A stretch of DNA of 64,000 nt from Octopus vulgaris (GCA_951406725.2 OX597816.1:22444001-22508000); one strand, 5' to 3'. Positions 1 to 12,977 are shown, counted from the first letter of the stretch. Program-made: numbers and translations. Notes: generated from the sequence alone by a model not told the origin.

Positions 1-1
1 T

Positions 2-217
2 CGCCAGCTGACACTCGATGACGCTACATCGAAGAGGCCAGGGAACAGTAGAAAGATGGAGAAAGAAGACATGCACTCAACGCCAGAGATGAAGACACCT
101 CCGAAAGGGAGGCCCCGCCACGTCAAAACGGTAGAGAAGTACGGGCCAAAACCGGACGTGGTTCCTCCTGATGATCTCTTGAGCTTATTGGATCCTGTAA
201 AGGAGCTGTTGTGGTAG
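2..217 (+). CDS. Possible 3' part of a host coding exon, truncated by the window edge; product unknown
   Basis: Non-repetitive and GC-richer than its surroundings. Frame 2 is open from the window start (RQLTLDDATSKRPG...SLLDPVKELLW) to TAG at 215-217. A CAG|GTATAT donor-like site lies at 258/259. No recognisable domain. Confidence 0.3.
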   Translation, partial: RQLTLDDATSKRPGNSRKMEKEDMHSTPEMKTPPKGRPRHVKTVEKYGPKPDVVPPDDLLSLLDPVKELLW

Positions 218-1558
218 CAGACCACGAAACATGGCTGAAATTCCTCCATTCCTAACAGGTATATACTATTATTTTTCCGTATAATTTTCTATTCTCAAGA
301 ACCCTTTATAACTATTCCACTGTTCAAATATTGCATATCTCTTTAATTGTTATGTTCTGTTTTCCTGATATGGGTACAACAGAGACCTATCTTACAACAG
401 GTCTCAGACTTAGTAAAAGTTTGATAGTGATATTAATTGCAAAAGGGGAAAATAACTACAGTGAAGTGAACCATACAGAATATGTATCTAATAAAAAAAA
501 GTGTCTATAAGATTTATACATCATAAAAATGTCAGTGTGTCGTCAAGAGAGATACAAAAATTGCCTGAGGTTTGGCTGGAGTCACACTTGGTAAAATAAT
601 ACCTAAATAGTTAAGAAGTAAACCATAGGAAGTTGAAAGTTGCAGATACGTCCGGTAATATCTAGACAGTCTTTTTTTTCTATGCTAGCCTAACAAAAAT
701 AGAATGAAATCTGTGATCAATAGGAAACACATTCGTTTTTAAATTACCGTAGTCCTGACAGAAAGCGTCACCATTAAATTCTAAAATGTTCCCTTAATGA
801 TCAGTAAAATAGCCAATATACTTCGCAGCAATAATATCCTCCTTCTTTTAAAATGACAATTAGCATTATTAGTTTTATAATTCCTTTACTTTTTATATTT
901 CACACGTGTTTGTATACACAAAGCAAATAGTACAGTTGCAAAAGAATAACTAAGTTGACTGACCATATATTTCGTAATGTGGCCATCTTAGATAAATTGA
1001 ATTCAGTCTATAAGATGAAAACATATAAAACGTAATATCCACAATGACGATAATGTAATATTTATTCTTATCTCAGGAAACATATAGTAGCTAGACTTGT
1101 GTAAAAACAGAGCAAGTCTCATATAAATATTTGAAATAATGGTGGTATTGATTCTATTATATTTTATCTTGTGCTATGGGTTTGTGGGAGTAGAGATAAT
1201 TGTGAAAGCTGAAAGAAATTCATTGAGACATCCAGAATATAGATAATTCAGAATTGGCGAAAATGAAGCAAGGAAGAGATCAAATATTTCACTATTAAAA
1301 CACGTGTGAATGCAGCTTACTTTCCTCTGTATTAACTGAGATTTGAGATTGACATGTAAATCTAATGTCGGTTTAGTAAAATTTAGGCTTCTCAGTTATG
1401 CATTGTGCTGTGTATATTTAAGATCGAATTCTGGAGAGCAGTAACGCTCCCGACAATAGATTTACAATTGATTAGTCAGTATCTAACTTGATTTTTGGCC
1501 CTCAACCTAGGTTACATCGCGTCGAAAAATAAGATATTTAATCGGAGCTAAGTACTTG

Positions 1559-1834
1559 TAGATGATGTCCTGGCTGTTAAAAAACAGGGGGATTCATGAG
1601 CTGCCTAGATGGTGTCCTTGCTTTTAAGAAAAGGGGGCACCATGAGCTACCTAGATGATGTCCTTGCTGTTGAAATAAGGGGGCATCATGAGCTTCCTAG
1701 GTCATGTCCTTGCTGTAGAAAAAAAGGGGCACATGAGCTACATAGATGATGTCCTTGCAGTTGAAAAAAAGGGGGCATCATGAGCTTCCTAGATGATGTC
1801 CTTGCTGTTGAAAAAAGGGGGCATCATGAGCTTC
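1559..1834. repeat. Minisatellite, about 6 copies of a 46-48 bp unit
   Basis: Unit approximately CTAGATGATGTCCTTGCTGTTGAAAAAAGGGGGCATCATGAGCTTC, repeated head to tail with point variation. Confidence 0.9.
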
Positions 1835-2014
1835 CTGATGGACTTCTTTTACCTCGCTTTTTAAGTATTCTTTTATTCTTTTACTCTTTTACGTATTTCA
1901 GTCTCTTGACTGCGGCCATGATGGAGCACCACATTCACAGGGATTTTTTGTATGTATGTATGTATGTATGTATGTATGTATATATAAATATGTGTGTGTA
2001 TTCTCTTATGATTT

Positions 2015-2437
2015 TACACTTTTACTTGTTTCAGTCTCTTGACTGTGGCCATGCTGAAGCAATCACAATTACAAGTTTTTTGTCGGAGAAATTGACTCCA
2101 GGACTTATACTTTTGTAAGCCTATTACTTATTCTATGGTAAGCACACGAAGATCGGTCGTCAAGTGATGGTGGGGAACCAACAGAGAAACAAACCACACA
2201 CACACACATAAATATATACTTATATTGGATTGGTGCATAATTATGGCGGCTTTTTTTTTTCCACAAATTTTATTCAACGAAAACAATAACAACATGTAAC
2301 AAAAACATCTTTAAATGATTATTCCTGAAGATATTTACCATCTACTTCAATTACTGCTTCCTATTTGCTTGGCAGATGGTCAGACCACCATTTAAACATG
2401 CTTTAGTTATATATTGTTATTGTTTTTGTTGAATAAA

Positions 2438-2498
<61 letters not shown>

Positions 2499-2664
2499 GT
2501 GTACGTGTATACGACGAGCGTATTTCTATTTCTATTTCCAGACCCACTCACAAGACTTTGGTCAGCCCGAGATTATAGTAGAAAACACTTGCCGAAGATG
2601 TCACGCAGTGGGACTGAACTCGGAACGATGTGGTGGGGAAGCACTTTACCACATACTCCTGCAC
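2015..2664 (-). mobile_element. tRNA-derived SINE family A, degenerate, interrupted by a mariner remnant
   Basis: Reverse complement matches the copies at 10839 and 24952. The 3' half is at 2015-2200 and the 5' half at 2510-2664. A duplicated 3' tail fragment lies at 1880-1930. Confidence 0.8.
2224..2443 (-). mobile_element. Mariner-derived non-autonomous remnant (MITE-like)
   Basis: Starts TTGGATTGGTGCATAATTATGGCGGCTTTT, similar to the Hsmar1/MADE1-type TIR. The minus strand reads HLPSK*EAVIEVDGKYLQE*, resembling a mariner transposase C-terminus. Internal inverted arms are at about 2262-2305 and 2400-2443. Confidence 0.65.
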
Positions 2665-3607
2665 GTATGTATGTATATATATATATATACAAAGTGCCCA
2701 TGGTACAATAACCGTCTGGCAAATTTCAATGATATGGGTATCATATGTTTATGTTTAACATCTGTGCATGGCAGAAGAGATTCACACGCCCAAGCTACAG
2801 AACATTGAACTTTAACGTGGAAAAAAGTTTCGCGCATAGTGATCTTCTCAACTACGTAACTATGCATAAACTCGACGTTCATAAATTCCAATACTATTTA
2901 GATAACTATTGATTTTCTCTTACATTAAGTAGTGTTTAGATTAAATAATAATTTTATGAGGCAAAAATAAAAGAAGACGATATCACTAAGAAGCCAGAAT
3001 AATATCAAATGATTAGATAAAAATATCATGTGACGTAACAAGAATATATTTAAACGCAACAACGCAAATAAGGAAATAAATGTTATGGTGATTGTTATTT
3101 AGGTAAAATTTATATTTCTTGGTAATCGGAGGATGCGAAACGGTATTGTGAAGCTTCACATTCAAAAGTGCGGAATGTGAATCGTATCATAAATTGCAGT
3201 TTGTCGACTGTAACAAGCCATGCATGTGCTATTATGGTAGGTTTATTTTTGTCGTTCAAGATTATTGTGTAAATTATGCGCGCATCGTTTTACATTTACG
3301 GATCTTATCTATACGCATCGATTTTTACCGATGCACGGTTTTTAATGAATTCTTGTAATGCAGAGTTATATAAATATACGTCGATGATTCAGAAAGAGAT
3401 GTATCATTGTAACTGAGATATAAATGGAGAGGATGTAACAATAGGAATTCAATAGTAGATGTTGTAAATGTATATGCAGTCACGAATATATAGGTGTATG
3501 TGTGCGTGTGTTTATATGTCCATATATAAGTATACACACATACTCACACATATACACATATATTTATGTGCCTACATGCCCAAACTTTTGAACGGTTACA
3601 CATACAT

Positions 3608-3648
<41 letters not shown>

Positions 3649-3920
3649 CGTGTGTGTGTGTGCGTAGAAAATATAAATGTATGTACATATATAACGTTAT
3701 ATATATATGTATATATGTATATATACACATATAATATATACCGTTATATATATGTATATATGTGTGTATAATATATATATATAGATAGATAGATATAGCT
3801 ATAGATATATATGTAGACATATATATATATACATATATATACATATATGTATACCTATATATACATATATACATATATACACATATATATATAAACATAA
3901 ATATACATATATGTTTACAT

Positions 3921-4001
<81 letters not shown>

Positions 4002-4004
4002 ATC

Positions 4005-4277
4005 AAAATAAGCAACAGGATATCAAGTATTGATGCAGTACGACCGTTTCAAGCGGATCCATTCGATTGAACAATGCAGTCTTTACATCAATCTAGATGC
4101 AGTAGCATCTTCAGCTACACAAATAAACAAATAAAAATTTTAACTAGTCGGACACATTAATATAATTTTTGTCAAATATTTTTTACAGTGCAAGAAGATG
4201 GAAGAAATGCATGTTGTCGCTATTGTATCGCGAAACGGTCGTACTGCATCATTAATTGATATTCTGTTGCTTATTTT
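4005..4277. mobile_element. Fold-back element (Penelope pLTR-like) with 46 bp inverted arms
   Basis: AAAATAAGCAACAGGATATCAAGTATTGATGCAGTACGACCGTTTC (4005-4050) is nearly the reverse complement of 4232-4277. Adjacent to (TA)n tracts. Confidence 0.7.
4033..4120 (-). ncRNA. Hammerhead ribozyme-like motif (type I, long stem II region)
   Basis: Minus strand: GUGUAG-CUGAAGA-(about 60 nt)-GAAA-CGGUCG-UA-CUGCAU. Stem I forms 6 pairs, including G-U pairs. Confidence 0.5.
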
Positions 4278-4362
4278 TTATTTCATTCACCTTACTTCGA
4301 TCTTCTCGGACTGACTTGGTACTTCAACTTAAGTACCTAATTCAACTGAATCTCAATTATTT

Positions 4363-4426
<64 letters not shown>

Positions 4427-5203
4427 TTAAAGCACTGAGAGATTAATGAAGAGGAATATAACGAGAGAAATGGAAAGGAAAACTGAAGCTCTTTGAAGAG
4501 ATACGTTAACTTAATGATGTTACGTAATCATTAATCTATAAATTCATATTTCAAGCATTGCATTATCAGATATGAATATTTGAAGTATTCTATACTGAAA
4601 TAAAGAACTACACGATAGAAAATTTAGTCTGTGACGAGGCAAGGCTTTGGACACTAAGAGCAAAACATTTCTACATGCTGTTACAGACTTCAAGCATTAA
4701 CCATTCTTTGTGATTACATAAGTCTGTTATTGTTAGTGATTTATTATGTTTGTCGCCTTGGGTTAAAATTAGCGTTAATATCTAAGAACGTATGAAATGT
4801 ATACCACCTAATTTAAACGAAAACTTATTTGGGGATGGATTTATATGTAATACTTCACTGTATATAATTCAACATTTGACTGTAATTCGTTTATTGAACT
4901 TGGAAGAATAAAATTCGATGTGTGCGTTCGAATTCATTTCAGAATATATCATATGCTCACAATTAAAAGATATTAAACTACATTAACTAAAATCTGTGTT
5001 TTACCATTACAAAAAGGTTAAGTCAGGCAACTCAGCATTCATTTCACCAAGGTAGGCTGAATAATGTAGAGTATATCCTAGTTACAAATTGACACAAATA
5101 CAACTTTGAGCAACAAATCGGTTTAGTAAATTCATAGAAGATTCGATTTTACCGTAGCGCCATATTGATTACATCTCAACATCATGAATATTGAATATCA
5201 TGC

Positions 5204-5292
<89 letters not shown>

Positions 5293-5578
5293 TTATATGC
5301 ATATATATATATAAAGAAGGAAGATATGTATTTGAATTTTTCTTGTTATACATCACATTTAAACACAGACATTTTTATTCTGATGTTTAATCTTATATCT
5401 CACATTCTGCATTTGACATTTACACGATTTTGCATGATTGATATATATATATTGATTCATATTTATAATGTATAATTTATAAATTTTATTTTTAATTCGT
5501 AATTTTTAATCTTTTATGATTAATTGTATTGCTTGTTTTTAAAGGGATGTAAAATTAGATATATAATATTTTGAAATA

Positions 5579-5634
5579 GAACCTGAAGATGTGTTGGAAT
5601 AATTGTAAATATGACGATTGCATATATGAATTTA

Positions 5635-5697
<63 letters not shown>

Positions 5698-5758
5698 GTA
5701 TGCAGTCGTGTATGTGTATATGTTTTATAATCTTCTAATACTGAAACACGTGTAGTTC
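5579..5758 (+). ncRNA. Hammerhead-like motif with a (TA)n microsatellite inside the stem II region
   Basis: GAAC-CUGAAGA (5579-5589) ... GAAA-CACGUG-UA-GUUC (5743-5758). Stem I is GAAC/GUUC and stem III is the palindrome ACACGUGU. Confidence 0.5.
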
Positions 5759-6166
5759 CTTCATATTCAATAAATATAAATGTTAACTAAAGTATGATAT
5801 AATTAATGAATTACATTATATACCCAGCTGGAAATTTTGTTTATATCCTTTAAGTATTATTTCATGACGTGCATACTGATACCATGAGTTTGCTGTAAGA
5901 TATACTCATTAGGTTATTATTGTATTATCTGAAATAGAATACCTGCGTATCGATTAATAAAAAAAAATTGAATATTGACTTTTTTCAGATATTTTGTATA
6001 TTTATGGATAAATATATAAATATAAGATAAATAAAATCCCGAGCTATGATATCCAGATGCATATAACACTGCAGGGTTACACCTGACTGATTTGGAAAAT
6101 TGTTTTCCCAAATTATATATATATAGTACAAAGTAAGATAGGGGTTATGAGCGTAACCCACATATA

Positions 6167-6428
6167 TGGAGGCGCAATGGCCCAGTGGTTAGTGCAGCGG
6201 CATCGCGGTTGTAGGATCGCGGTTTCGATTCCCAGAACGGGCGTTGTGAGTGTTTATTGAGCGAAAACACACATAGTTCCACAGTGGCGATCCCTACTGT
6301 ACTCTTTCACCGCAACTTTCTCTCACTCTTTCTTCTGTTGGCCTGCTCATTTGAAAGCTAAAACAATGCGAAGCGCATTGTGACCAGCGATGTGCAGCAA
6401 CATCCGATAGCCTGGTCAGTCACGATGA
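6167..6428 (+). mobile_element. tRNA-derived SINE family B
   Basis: Box A-like TGGCCCAGTGG and box B-like GTTTCGATTCC head, followed by a unique body ending in (TA)n. Confidence 0.7.
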
Positions 6429-6474
6429 TATATAAATATATAAACACACACATATATATATATACACATATACA

Positions 6475-6573
<99 letters not shown>

Positions 6574-7117
6574 GCAACTCCATTGTCTCCCGAGACAAAA
6601 AGGATGCCAACAATATATATATCCATTTATATATATGTATGTATGCATGTAATTGCTATGGATTAAATATATTTATTAACGTCAAGTAATGTTAAAATTA
6701 TCGTGAAGGAACGTATTGTTATGCTGAAAACACTTATAATTAACATCACTCACATTTACCCTAACTTCTTAAATTACATAAACAAATGAGGTCTTGTTGG
6801 AGGTTCTTACAACACAGATACAATAGAATATGTCGTTCTTAAGTAGGTCAGTACAGAGTTAATCCTTTATTCTATTTTTTGTTTTTAGTTTAAGTGACGT
6901 GACAAAATGCATGCGCCCGTAATGCATTGCGGTACATTTTGTGCTTGGACTTTAACAATGTTGTGCTTGAAACGGATGTCTTGTGATAAAGATATAAGAT
7001 TTAGACTGAAACTCAGCACCTGTCAGACGAAGTTTATGAGAAAAGTTTAGCGTATCAGTCGAACAGCTTGTTTTTGAATGATGTTGAAAACGTCAGAAAC
7101 ATCAGTGTAAGTATATA

Positions 7118-7188
<71 letters not shown>

Positions 7189-7259
7189 TTATAGTTAATA
7201 AACGTATTATCTATGTATATATATATGTTTATATATATGTATATATATGTGTGTTTGTT

Positions 7260-7290
<31 letters not shown>

Positions 7291-7292
<2 letters not shown>

Positions 7293-7478
7293 CAATTAAG
7301 GACTGAACACGAAAAGTGAACAGTCAACATGCTAGATATAGAGGTCAAATCGCCATTCTCCACAAAAGATTATGTTCTCAAATCAAACTCAGAACATAAT
7401 CTTTTGTGGAGAATGGCGATCTGACGTCTATATCTAGCATGTTGACTGTCCACTTTTCGTGTTCAATCCTTAATTGGT
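7291..7478. repeat. Near-perfect hairpin: about 88 bp arms and a 12 nt loop, within (TA)n
   Basis: 7291-7378 is the reverse complement of 7391-7478 with only a few mismatches. Loop CAAATCAAACTC. Confidence 0.9.
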
Positions 7479-7559
7479 ATATATAAATATTTTAATCTTC
7501 GGATTCTTTTTTAATATGCTAGACCACTGGTTTTAATTGATAAATATCAATTTCTAGCC

Positions 7560-7611
<52 letters not shown>

Positions 7612-7658
7612 ATATATGTATGTATATATGTTTATAAATATATATATATGTATATATC

Positions 7659-7715
<57 letters not shown>

Positions 7716-7967
7716 GGTATTCAATAAAGGGTGGAATATAATTAATTTAATAAAATTAATCAATTTCACCTAGTAGATTTGTCGGTATGGAAAAGACCGA
7801 GGCTGGGTTTTCGTTATTTTCTGCCTTTTTTTGCCATATCCAGCTTACAAATTCTGTTTGTTTGTGGAGACTTTTTACTAGTAGAGGAAATAGTGACCAA
7901 TTTTGGCTGCTATTTCTAATATTTTCGGTATGTGGTTTTGAGCAACTTGTTGCATTTAACCCTTTAT

Positions 7968-8032
<65 letters not shown>

Positions 8033-8864
8033 ACATATATAAGTGTATTTGTATAGAAATTTCTATATACGCCGTGAATATGTGCGTTTGTATGTGCGTG
8101 CATATTTATCGCTTCAGTACCCGTGGGTATATGTATAACTACGCGTTGCAGATCTACTGTCATATTATATAAGCGTTATATTAATATTACCAGGAATTAT
8201 GTTTATAGAATAGCAGGAGTTGGAAGCTGAATAATGTATAGTTGTGAAGAGATAACATAGCATTTGAGATGCAAATATATTTGTGTTGTAAACCTGGGTT
8301 CCTCAAAACAATTCTGTATATCACATGCCGCTTCATATAAACTGCATTGTCGGAGCATGCTGACTGCTTATTTATAAACTGCATACAATTGTCTGCATGC
8401 AACCTCGTTTCTCTTTTATCTTTCTCTGGCGCGGTAGAATTATTACTATTAGCTTACGGGAGTTGATACAATGTACCGTTGGCTCTGTAGTAGGTAGAGC
8501 CTCAGAAAGGTTGAACGCAGTATTATAAAATCGAGAATGCTAAATAGAGGAAGTAATATATTGATTTCTAATATAAATACAAGATCACGTTTTAGAAGAA
8601 GGAACACTTAAAGAAGTTTATTTCAGTTACTCATTGACTCGTACTTTATCGAACGGGAGATGATAAAGGGAAAATTTCTTATCAGCACGATTTGAAATCA
8701 GATCTTTAAAGTACTTAGGGATAAGTTGTACTATATTTTAGTTATTTGGTTGCAATTTCAAACAGTCTAACATGTATGTGGACGGCAGCCATTTTAGATT
8801 CATTTCTTGTCTTCCTAGAATCCCTAGCTTAACAAAAGTTTTTATTAACGCATTTATGTTACAG

Positions 8865-9025
8865 GTGTAAGCAGAAGTGTGTGATGGAGAAGTTCATTTT
8901 GTAACCACATAATTTTAAGTTCAATCCCACTTCAAGACACCTTGGGTAATTGTCTTTTACTTAGCCCCAGACCGACGAATGCCTTGTGATTGAATCTTGC
9001 AGACAGAAACTGTTTGGAAGCCAGT

Positions 9026-9030
<5 letters not shown>
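8865..9030 (+). mobile_element. SINE family A, degenerate 5' half
   Basis: AACCACAT..GTTCAATCCCACT..CACCTTGGG..GCCTTGTGA..AGACAGAAACTG is colinear with intact copies. Confidence 0.6.
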
Positions 9031-9067
<37 letters not shown>

Positions 9068-9068
<1 letters not shown>

Positions 9069-9276
9069 CGGGAAGGTTTACGAAAATAAACAAAAGACGA
9101 AGGCAGGTGGAGTACAGACAAACAAATGTATTAGTAGGGCGCTCAGGAATAGAAATAAAACAAGTCTTTTACGTTTCGAACCTACGCTCTTCGACAGAAA
9201 GATACACAGACAAGAAACAAGGAGAGAAACAAGGAGAGAAAAAAATTGCGTGTAGGGGCTAACGATCCAACATGGC

Positions 9277-9280
<4 letters not shown>
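9068..9280 (-). mobile_element. Penelope pLTR-like repeat fragment between (TA)n tracts
   Basis: Homologous to 38060-38190, 38845-39120, 48600-48813 and 63090-63255. Carries a hammerhead-like motif. Confidence 0.6.
9165..9202 (-). ncRNA. Minimal hammerhead-like motif, variant core CUGUCGA
   Basis: Minus strand: UCUUU-CUGUCGA-A-GAGC-guag-GUUC-GAA-ACGU-A-AAAGA. Stems I and II pair and stem III is the palindrome ACGU. Confidence 0.55.
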
Positions 9281-9340
<60 letters not shown>

Positions 9341-10399
9341 CCAATCTTTATGAACTTCGTTTTCATTCACTTTAAAGCAAATTCTCCGATAATATATTCT
9401 GTAAAACAAAAAATGCTTTCGTATGCTGTACAACCTATAATCTCACCCAATATTTCTGATTTTTGGCTAAAAAAAGTAATCCACTTTTGGCAGAATACTC
9501 CTATTTAGCACTCCTCAACTACCAATGAACTCTCATCTGTACTTCAGCGAATAAAGAATACACACTTGTCAGATCTGTAGCTAAATTGTATACAGCCCAC
9601 AAAATTGTGATAAATTTTCCTTTCTCTATCCTACCAATCTGTTTATCACATACATATGCAAATCACTTGTGAAGAAGCCTGTTATCGCCTTAGACGAACA
9701 ACGCCAACGGCTGTGAATTAACCTAAGTATGCGACTCACAGTTAGCTCAGGAGAGTAAGTGTTTCCTTTCACGTCTATTTCTGTTCTATATCAATTTGCA
9801 TGTGCTCAGAGTTCATATCAGATGCATGAATCAGAGATGTCTGAGATTTCTTGTGAATATGATAGCTGCCGTCCTTTTGTTAGTTATTCAACAAACAGAA
9901 TTTCCCCTGTATGTTTGTTGAAATATAAGGAGAAATCACAAGGGAGATAACTTCAATAGAATTACTTGATTAAATTTTTCAGTAAGAAGCCGAGGCAATT
10001 TATACATGCAAGCAATGTGGCTATAGTAAATATTTCCTTGAAGTAGTCTTCATGCTAAATACATGTACGAGAAGATATAATATATGAACTATAACGTGAT
10101 GAATACCTTCGATTAAATGAAGATACACAAATATAAATATCCTCAGAGGCGCTTCCCCTAAGACATATTTCTTAATACTCGTTGTAGGCCATATGAAACG
10201 TCATATCGACTGAATAATATGCGCTACACTGAAGACATTGAAAAATATCAAAATAATTCTGTTGCTTTGAACAGGTAATTTCAAAGATGAAATCGATTCG
10301 CGTCCTCATTACTAATCCAGTTTATAAAATTTCTCTGTATTGATTTTAAAGGATTTATGTCCCATTAATATTTCTTTTTTAATATTGCTGTGTCTTTAA

Positions 10400-10820
10400 A
10401 GCTCACTTTGTAACTACGTGGTTTCGGTTTCGGTCTCACAGCGCGGCACTTTAGGCAAATGTCTTCTGCTATAGCCGTGGGCAAACTAATGCCTTCTGAG
10501 TGAATCTGAGAGACAGTGTGTTGATATGCGTCGTCTTATTCCTAAGTGAGTGAGGCGTGCATGTGTGTCTGTGAGTGTTAGTGTTTGTGTGTGTATTTTT
10601 ATGTCTATCTTTGTGCTTCTGTTGTCCCCAATCGCTTGACAAGCGGTCATTGTGGACGTTCCTGTAATAAAACACTTAGAGAAAGCAAACCGATAAAAGT
10701 ACCACATAGTAAAAAAAATATTGGGGTCAAGTTGTTCGACTAAAACACTTCAAAGCAGTGCCACAGAATGTCTAAATTCCTATGGCGGAAGCAAGCAAAA
10801 TGAGCAAAAGATAAAGGATG
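10400..10820 (+). mobile_element. SINE family A, older degenerate copy
   Basis: Colinear with family A: GGCAAATGTCTTCTGCTATAGCC, internal (TG)n, TCGCTTGACAA, CCGATAAAAGTAC, GTTCGACTAAA. Confidence 0.65.
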
Positions 10821-10838
10821 TTTCTAGATCTTAAACAT

Positions 10839-11233
10839 AGGTGTAGGAGCGGCTGTGGTAAGTAGCTTGCTTTCCAACCACATGGTTCCGGGTTCAGTCC
10901 CACTGCGTGGAAACTTGGGCAAGTGTCTTCTTCTATAGCCTCAGGCCGACCAAATCCTTATGAGTGGATTTGGTAGACGGAAACTGAAAGAAGCTCGTCG
11001 TATATATGAATATGTATATGTATGTGTGTGTCTGTGTTTGTCACCCAACATCGCTTGACAACCGATGCTGGTGTGTCTACGTACCCGTAACTTAGCGGTT
11101 CCGCAAAAGAGAACGATAGAATAAGTACTAGGCTTACAAAGAATAAGTTTTGGGGTCGATTTGCTCGACTAAAGGCGGTGCTTCAGCATGGTCGCAGTCA
11201 AATGACTGAAATAAGTAAAAGAGTAAAAGAGTA
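10839..11233 (+). mobile_element. SINE family A, full length (tRNA-like head, CORE-like block, internal TA/TG microsatellite, GTAAAAGA tail)
   Basis: Head GGCTGTG(TG)GTAAG...GGGTTCAGTCCC, block CTTGGGCAAGTGTCTTC, tail GTAAAAGAGTAAAAGAG. More than ten homologous copies in the window. Confidence 0.9.
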
Positions 11234-11804
11234 ACCTTAGACATATTTTTAATATTTAAGATTAATATAATTCAAAACAAGACTTTTAAAACATTGTACC
11301 GTGTGCATGTAACATTTCCGTAACGCCCGATATCAAAACAGTTATCTAAATTGTATTTTGTAACTTTACGTATGATCAAATATTACATACTTTTGGTAAG
11401 TCAAGTATTTAATTCAATAATCCTAATAGAAGTGTACGCGTTTTACAATGCAGGAAAATAAAAGAATTATGAAAATCTAGAAATGAGATATTCTGAGAGC
11501 ATTCAAAATCGCGGACTATAATTAATTATCATAGTTAAATAAATACAAAATTTACATTTCAGATCTTGTGCTGTTCTGGTAAAATTGCCCTATACGCATT
11601 TCCTCTAAAGTTGCAATCTAAATAGAAAAGAGAAAAACGGAAGTGTAGACAACAATGTTAAAACTAACAAAAAACAAAACTATGAATATACATACATACA
11701 CACTTACACATAGATATATATATACATTCATACATGCATTCATACATACATACATACATGCATACATACATTCATACATACATACATACATGCATACATA
11801 CATT

Positions 11805-11854
<50 letters not shown>

Positions 11855-11907
11855 GACATAAATACATGATATATATATATATATATAGAATTAAATACAT
11901 GATATAT

Positions 11908-12077
11908 ATATGTATATGTGTGTGTGCGTGTGTGTGTGGGTGTACGTGAATAGATAAATGTGAATAGATAAATGTATATGATATATACAAACATACATGC
12001 ATATGTACGTGTGTGTATGTATGTGTGTATACATATATATATATATACATATACATATATATATATATATACATATA

Positions 12078-12110
<33 letters not shown>

Positions 12111-12155
12111 GCATATATATATGTATATGTACGTATACACGTATATATATACACA

Positions 12156-12204
<49 letters not shown>

Positions 12205-12355
12205 GTATATGTGTGTGTGCGTGTGTGTGTGGGTGTACGTGAATAGATAAATGTATATGATATATACAAACATACATGCATATGTACGTGTGTGTATGTA
12301 TGTGTGTATACATACATATATATATATATACATATACATATATATATATATATAC

Positions 12356-12386
<31 letters not shown>

Positions 12387-12451
12387 TATGCATATATATA
12401 TGTATATGTACGTATACACGTATTTATATACACACACACACATACTCACAT

Positions 12452-12500
<49 letters not shown>
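11908..12500. repeat. Tandem duplication (period about 290 bp) of a microsatellite mosaic
   Basis: The unique anchor GTGTGGGTGTACGTGAATAGATAAATG and the downstream ACAAACATACATGCATATGTACGTG occur twice, at about 11934 and 12227. Confidence 0.8.
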
Positions 12501-12504
<4 letters not shown>

Positions 12505-12652
12505 TGTATGTATGTATATTGACTTCTATCTATTGACATTCTTTATACATCATTATGAATTGATGATTTAAGCGAAATAGAATTGTGAAAATAAAGTTAC
12601 ACATGGAAAAGTACATCGGGTAAATAAAATATGAAAAAAAAAACAATATATT

Positions 12653-12707
<55 letters not shown>

Positions 12708-12977
12708 AATAATATTAAACGGAAATAATTTCAAAGAAAGCAACGATATGTGACAATGAATTGTATTAAATTCAATAAAATATCGCAATAACTCGCTTTT
12801 TGATGAGAAGCCGTGGCTGATGAGTTTAAAGTCACGCAAGCATGTATTTCTATTAATGTTACTCTTCCTTTTATTAACAAAACAGGATAAGCTTCTTTTT
12901 TTTTTCTTTTTGTTATTTTTTGTTTTTGTTTTTTTTTTTTTTTTTTTTAATCTCACTGAATTGTTCATGCAGTTACT

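Noticed and set aside
1559-1834. CRISPR-like regular repeat
   Set aside because: Units are contiguous without unique spacers, there are no cas genes, and the context is eukaryotic.
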